This document shows, piece by piece, positions 31,455-33,288 of a stretch of DNA of 33,288 nucleotides (positions within the stretch are counted from its first letter, which is position 1; each line of letters begins with the position of its first letter). Under the pieces are notes generated by a model, which did not search any database, had not been told where the DNA came from, and saw only the letters and a program-made list of their open reading frames with translations. The DNA is from Neovahlkampfia damariscottae (taxonomy: Eukaryota): the NCBI GenBank assembly GCA_016618085.1, contig JABLTG010000196.1:1-33288 (forward strand). The letters run 5' to 3'. The translations under genes and the position numbers were made by a program.

Positions 31455-32464
31455 TTACAACAAATAAACACCGCTTTGATATAAAACATATCTTGGAAAT
31501 GTAGTTGAAATAGTAACCCATCTTGTTGGTAATTTATAGGCACGATTAATTTCTTCCTCTGACATTCCACAATAAGTTTTTAAAATGTAATTAAAATTTT
31601 TTAAGCAAGTAGCCTTTGGAAATAAAGTTATGAATTGTGATTCGTTTAAAATAATTGATGTATTTTTATAATCTGTAAGTTTGTGATTTGTACAAATAAC
31701 ACTAATTTTATGATGACGTCCTTTTTGTAACAATTGATCTCTCAAAGCAGTAACTTGTTTGAATATTTTTTTATTGATGATACTATCAATATCGTCTAAT
31801 ATAACTAAACTATGAAAATCTGATTCTTCATTTCCTGCAAGTTCTTCAGCTTCAATTGGATCTTCAATTAATTCTTCATCTAATTTGATTCGAATCACAC
31901 CGAGTTTGTCAAGAACTGGATCTTTTGGAGTATCACTGAACAAATAAATTTTAGCTTTTGGTTTAATCTTTTGTATTCTTGAACTAATTTTGAAAGATAA
32001 GTTGATTTTCCAGATTCACTTGGAGCAGCAACATATTGCCTTGTAATAATGTCACCGTTTTCATTTTTTCGTGCCATTTGTTGTAAAATACCATCATAGC
32101 AAATATATTCAGATTTCTCTGCTCTTGCTTCAACTTCTGGTTTCATTAAATCATAAATTTTTTTTAATCTTTCATCTTGAGGTTCAATATTTTCTGTAAG
32201 AAGTTGATTAACCAATTTATAATCTTTACCTGTCAAACGAATTTTTCCACCATAGACTTTTTTTATTTTCTTTTGAAGTTCAGTTTCTGAAATGTAATCA
32301 TAAATATCAACTTTTTTTTTCTTTTTTTCTTCTGCTTGTTTCTCTTGAAGAGTACCGTCCAAGTTGTCTTTATTTAAAAATATAACTTTATCATCATCAA
32401 CACCACCTTTGACATAAGCAATTGGTTTTGCTTTTTGGTCTAACTTATAACCAATAGAAATCAT
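31455..32464 (-). pseudogene. FtsK/HerA (A32-like) genome-packaging ATPase, one frameshift
   Basis: Walker A APSESGKST, Walker B LVILDDID, KGRHH arginine finger and LNESQ. Split by a 1-nt shift near 31960. Confidence 0.88.
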
Positions 32465-32590
32465 TTTTTTTTCAAATTTGCCAAACTTATGAGTAAAATT
32501 TACAAAAGTATATTTTTAATGAAATTTTTTAATTTAAAATAAATATTAAAATATATTAAATATAATTGAAAAATCTGGGATTTTGAAACA

Positions 32591-33197
32591 ATGCAAAGTA
32601 AACTTGAATTTTTAAAACAATACCCACTCAGCAACATCAAGTTGAAAAAATATTTAATGGTCAACATAAAATGCTTTCTTATCATGAATTATATCAATAT
32701 GATACTTTAGAACATTTACTCCATGTGAATAATGGAAGTGTAATTATTATGTATCACCAAACAGATAACTACGGCATTATTGTTGCATAAATAAAATTAC
32801 AGAAAAAAATAAATTCCATAAAAAAAAGGAATTGGTTGAATTCTTTGATCCATATGGTTTATTTCCAGACAAACAATTAAAATTAGCTGCATATAAAAAC
32901 AATGCTTCAAAATCTAAGATTTTGAGATCAGAAATTTCGAAGGCTCAAAATCACACCTATTTAAGTTATTTGATGTACAATTCTCCATATAAACTTAGTT
33001 TTAATCAACACCGTTTTCAAGGTGCAAATACTCAAACTTGTGGTTTTCATTGTGCCAATAGAATTTTGTTTAAAGAACTGTTATTAAAAGAATACAAAAA
33101 ATGGATGGATTCAAGTCGAAAAAAATTAGAGGAATTATTGAGCAATCGAGCAACTTATGACGATGTTGTAGTTGTTAATTTATTTGATCGTTTGTAA
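32591..33197 (+). pseudogene. Virophage maturation cysteine protease (adenain/Ulp1-like), about three frameshifts
   Basis: Reconstructed YPLSN...DNYG-HYCC...VEFFDPYG..PD...FQ..NTQTCGFHC (His-Asp-Gln-Cys). Shifts near 32638, 32775 and 32830. Confidence 0.85.
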
Positions 33198-33288
33198 AAT
33201 CTGAGATTTTTTTGAATTTAATTTTTTATTTACAAAGGTATAATTTAAAAATCTTCAGATGGATCTTTACAGAGAAGGAAAAAATATT

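Larger units (their letters stand above)
26620..33200. mobile_element. Endogenous virophage fragment B (morphogenesis module); may continue beyond the window
   Basis: Tightly packed intronless ORFs including a packaging ATPase divergent from a cysteine protease and a GIY-YIG nuclease. Shared upstream motifs and multiple frameshifts. Confidence 0.85.

Noticed and set aside
328..32685. Many short F/L/I-rich ORFs antisense to or overlapping real genes (e.g. 328-534, 1198-1467, 10224-10637, 12284-12643, 20053-20421, 26325-26600, 32500-32685)
   Set aside because: Shadow frames of AT-rich, Lys/Glu-rich coding or low-complexity DNA.
800..33200. One giant element spanning the whole window and carrying host genes
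   Set aside because: No matching termini, and the intervening genes are ordinary spliced, CCAAT-driven host genes.

Overview
Very AT-rich, gene-dense eukaryotic (protist) DNA. The host genes have tiny GT-AG introns (about 29-39 nt) and a CCAATCA box just upstream of most start codons. An RGS protein and a Zn2Cys6-PAS protein are suggestive of a heterolobosean/Discoba-like host, but that assignment is inference only. A block of ordinary host genes (about 8.5-26.6 kb) is flanked by decaying, intron-free endogenous viral DNA of virophage (Maveriviricetes/Lavidaviridae)/Polinton type. The left fragments carry a GIY-YIG nuclease, an rve integrase, a D5-like SF3 helicase and a penton-like gene. The right fragment carries a GIY-YIG nuclease, a permuted papain-like protein, an FtsK/A32-type packaging ATPase and an adenain-like maturation protease. 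Many viral genes have frameshifts or stops, and no viral TIRs, MCP or pPolB are visible. The 5.0-8.2 kb patchwork also holds unexplained non-coding structure: two ~110-bp MITE-like elements around an orphan host gene, two structurally similar branched hairpins bracketing the penton fragment, and two 49-bp tandem units with conserved flanks and a variable 17-nt centre. All family calls come from motif recognition by eye; no searches were run.
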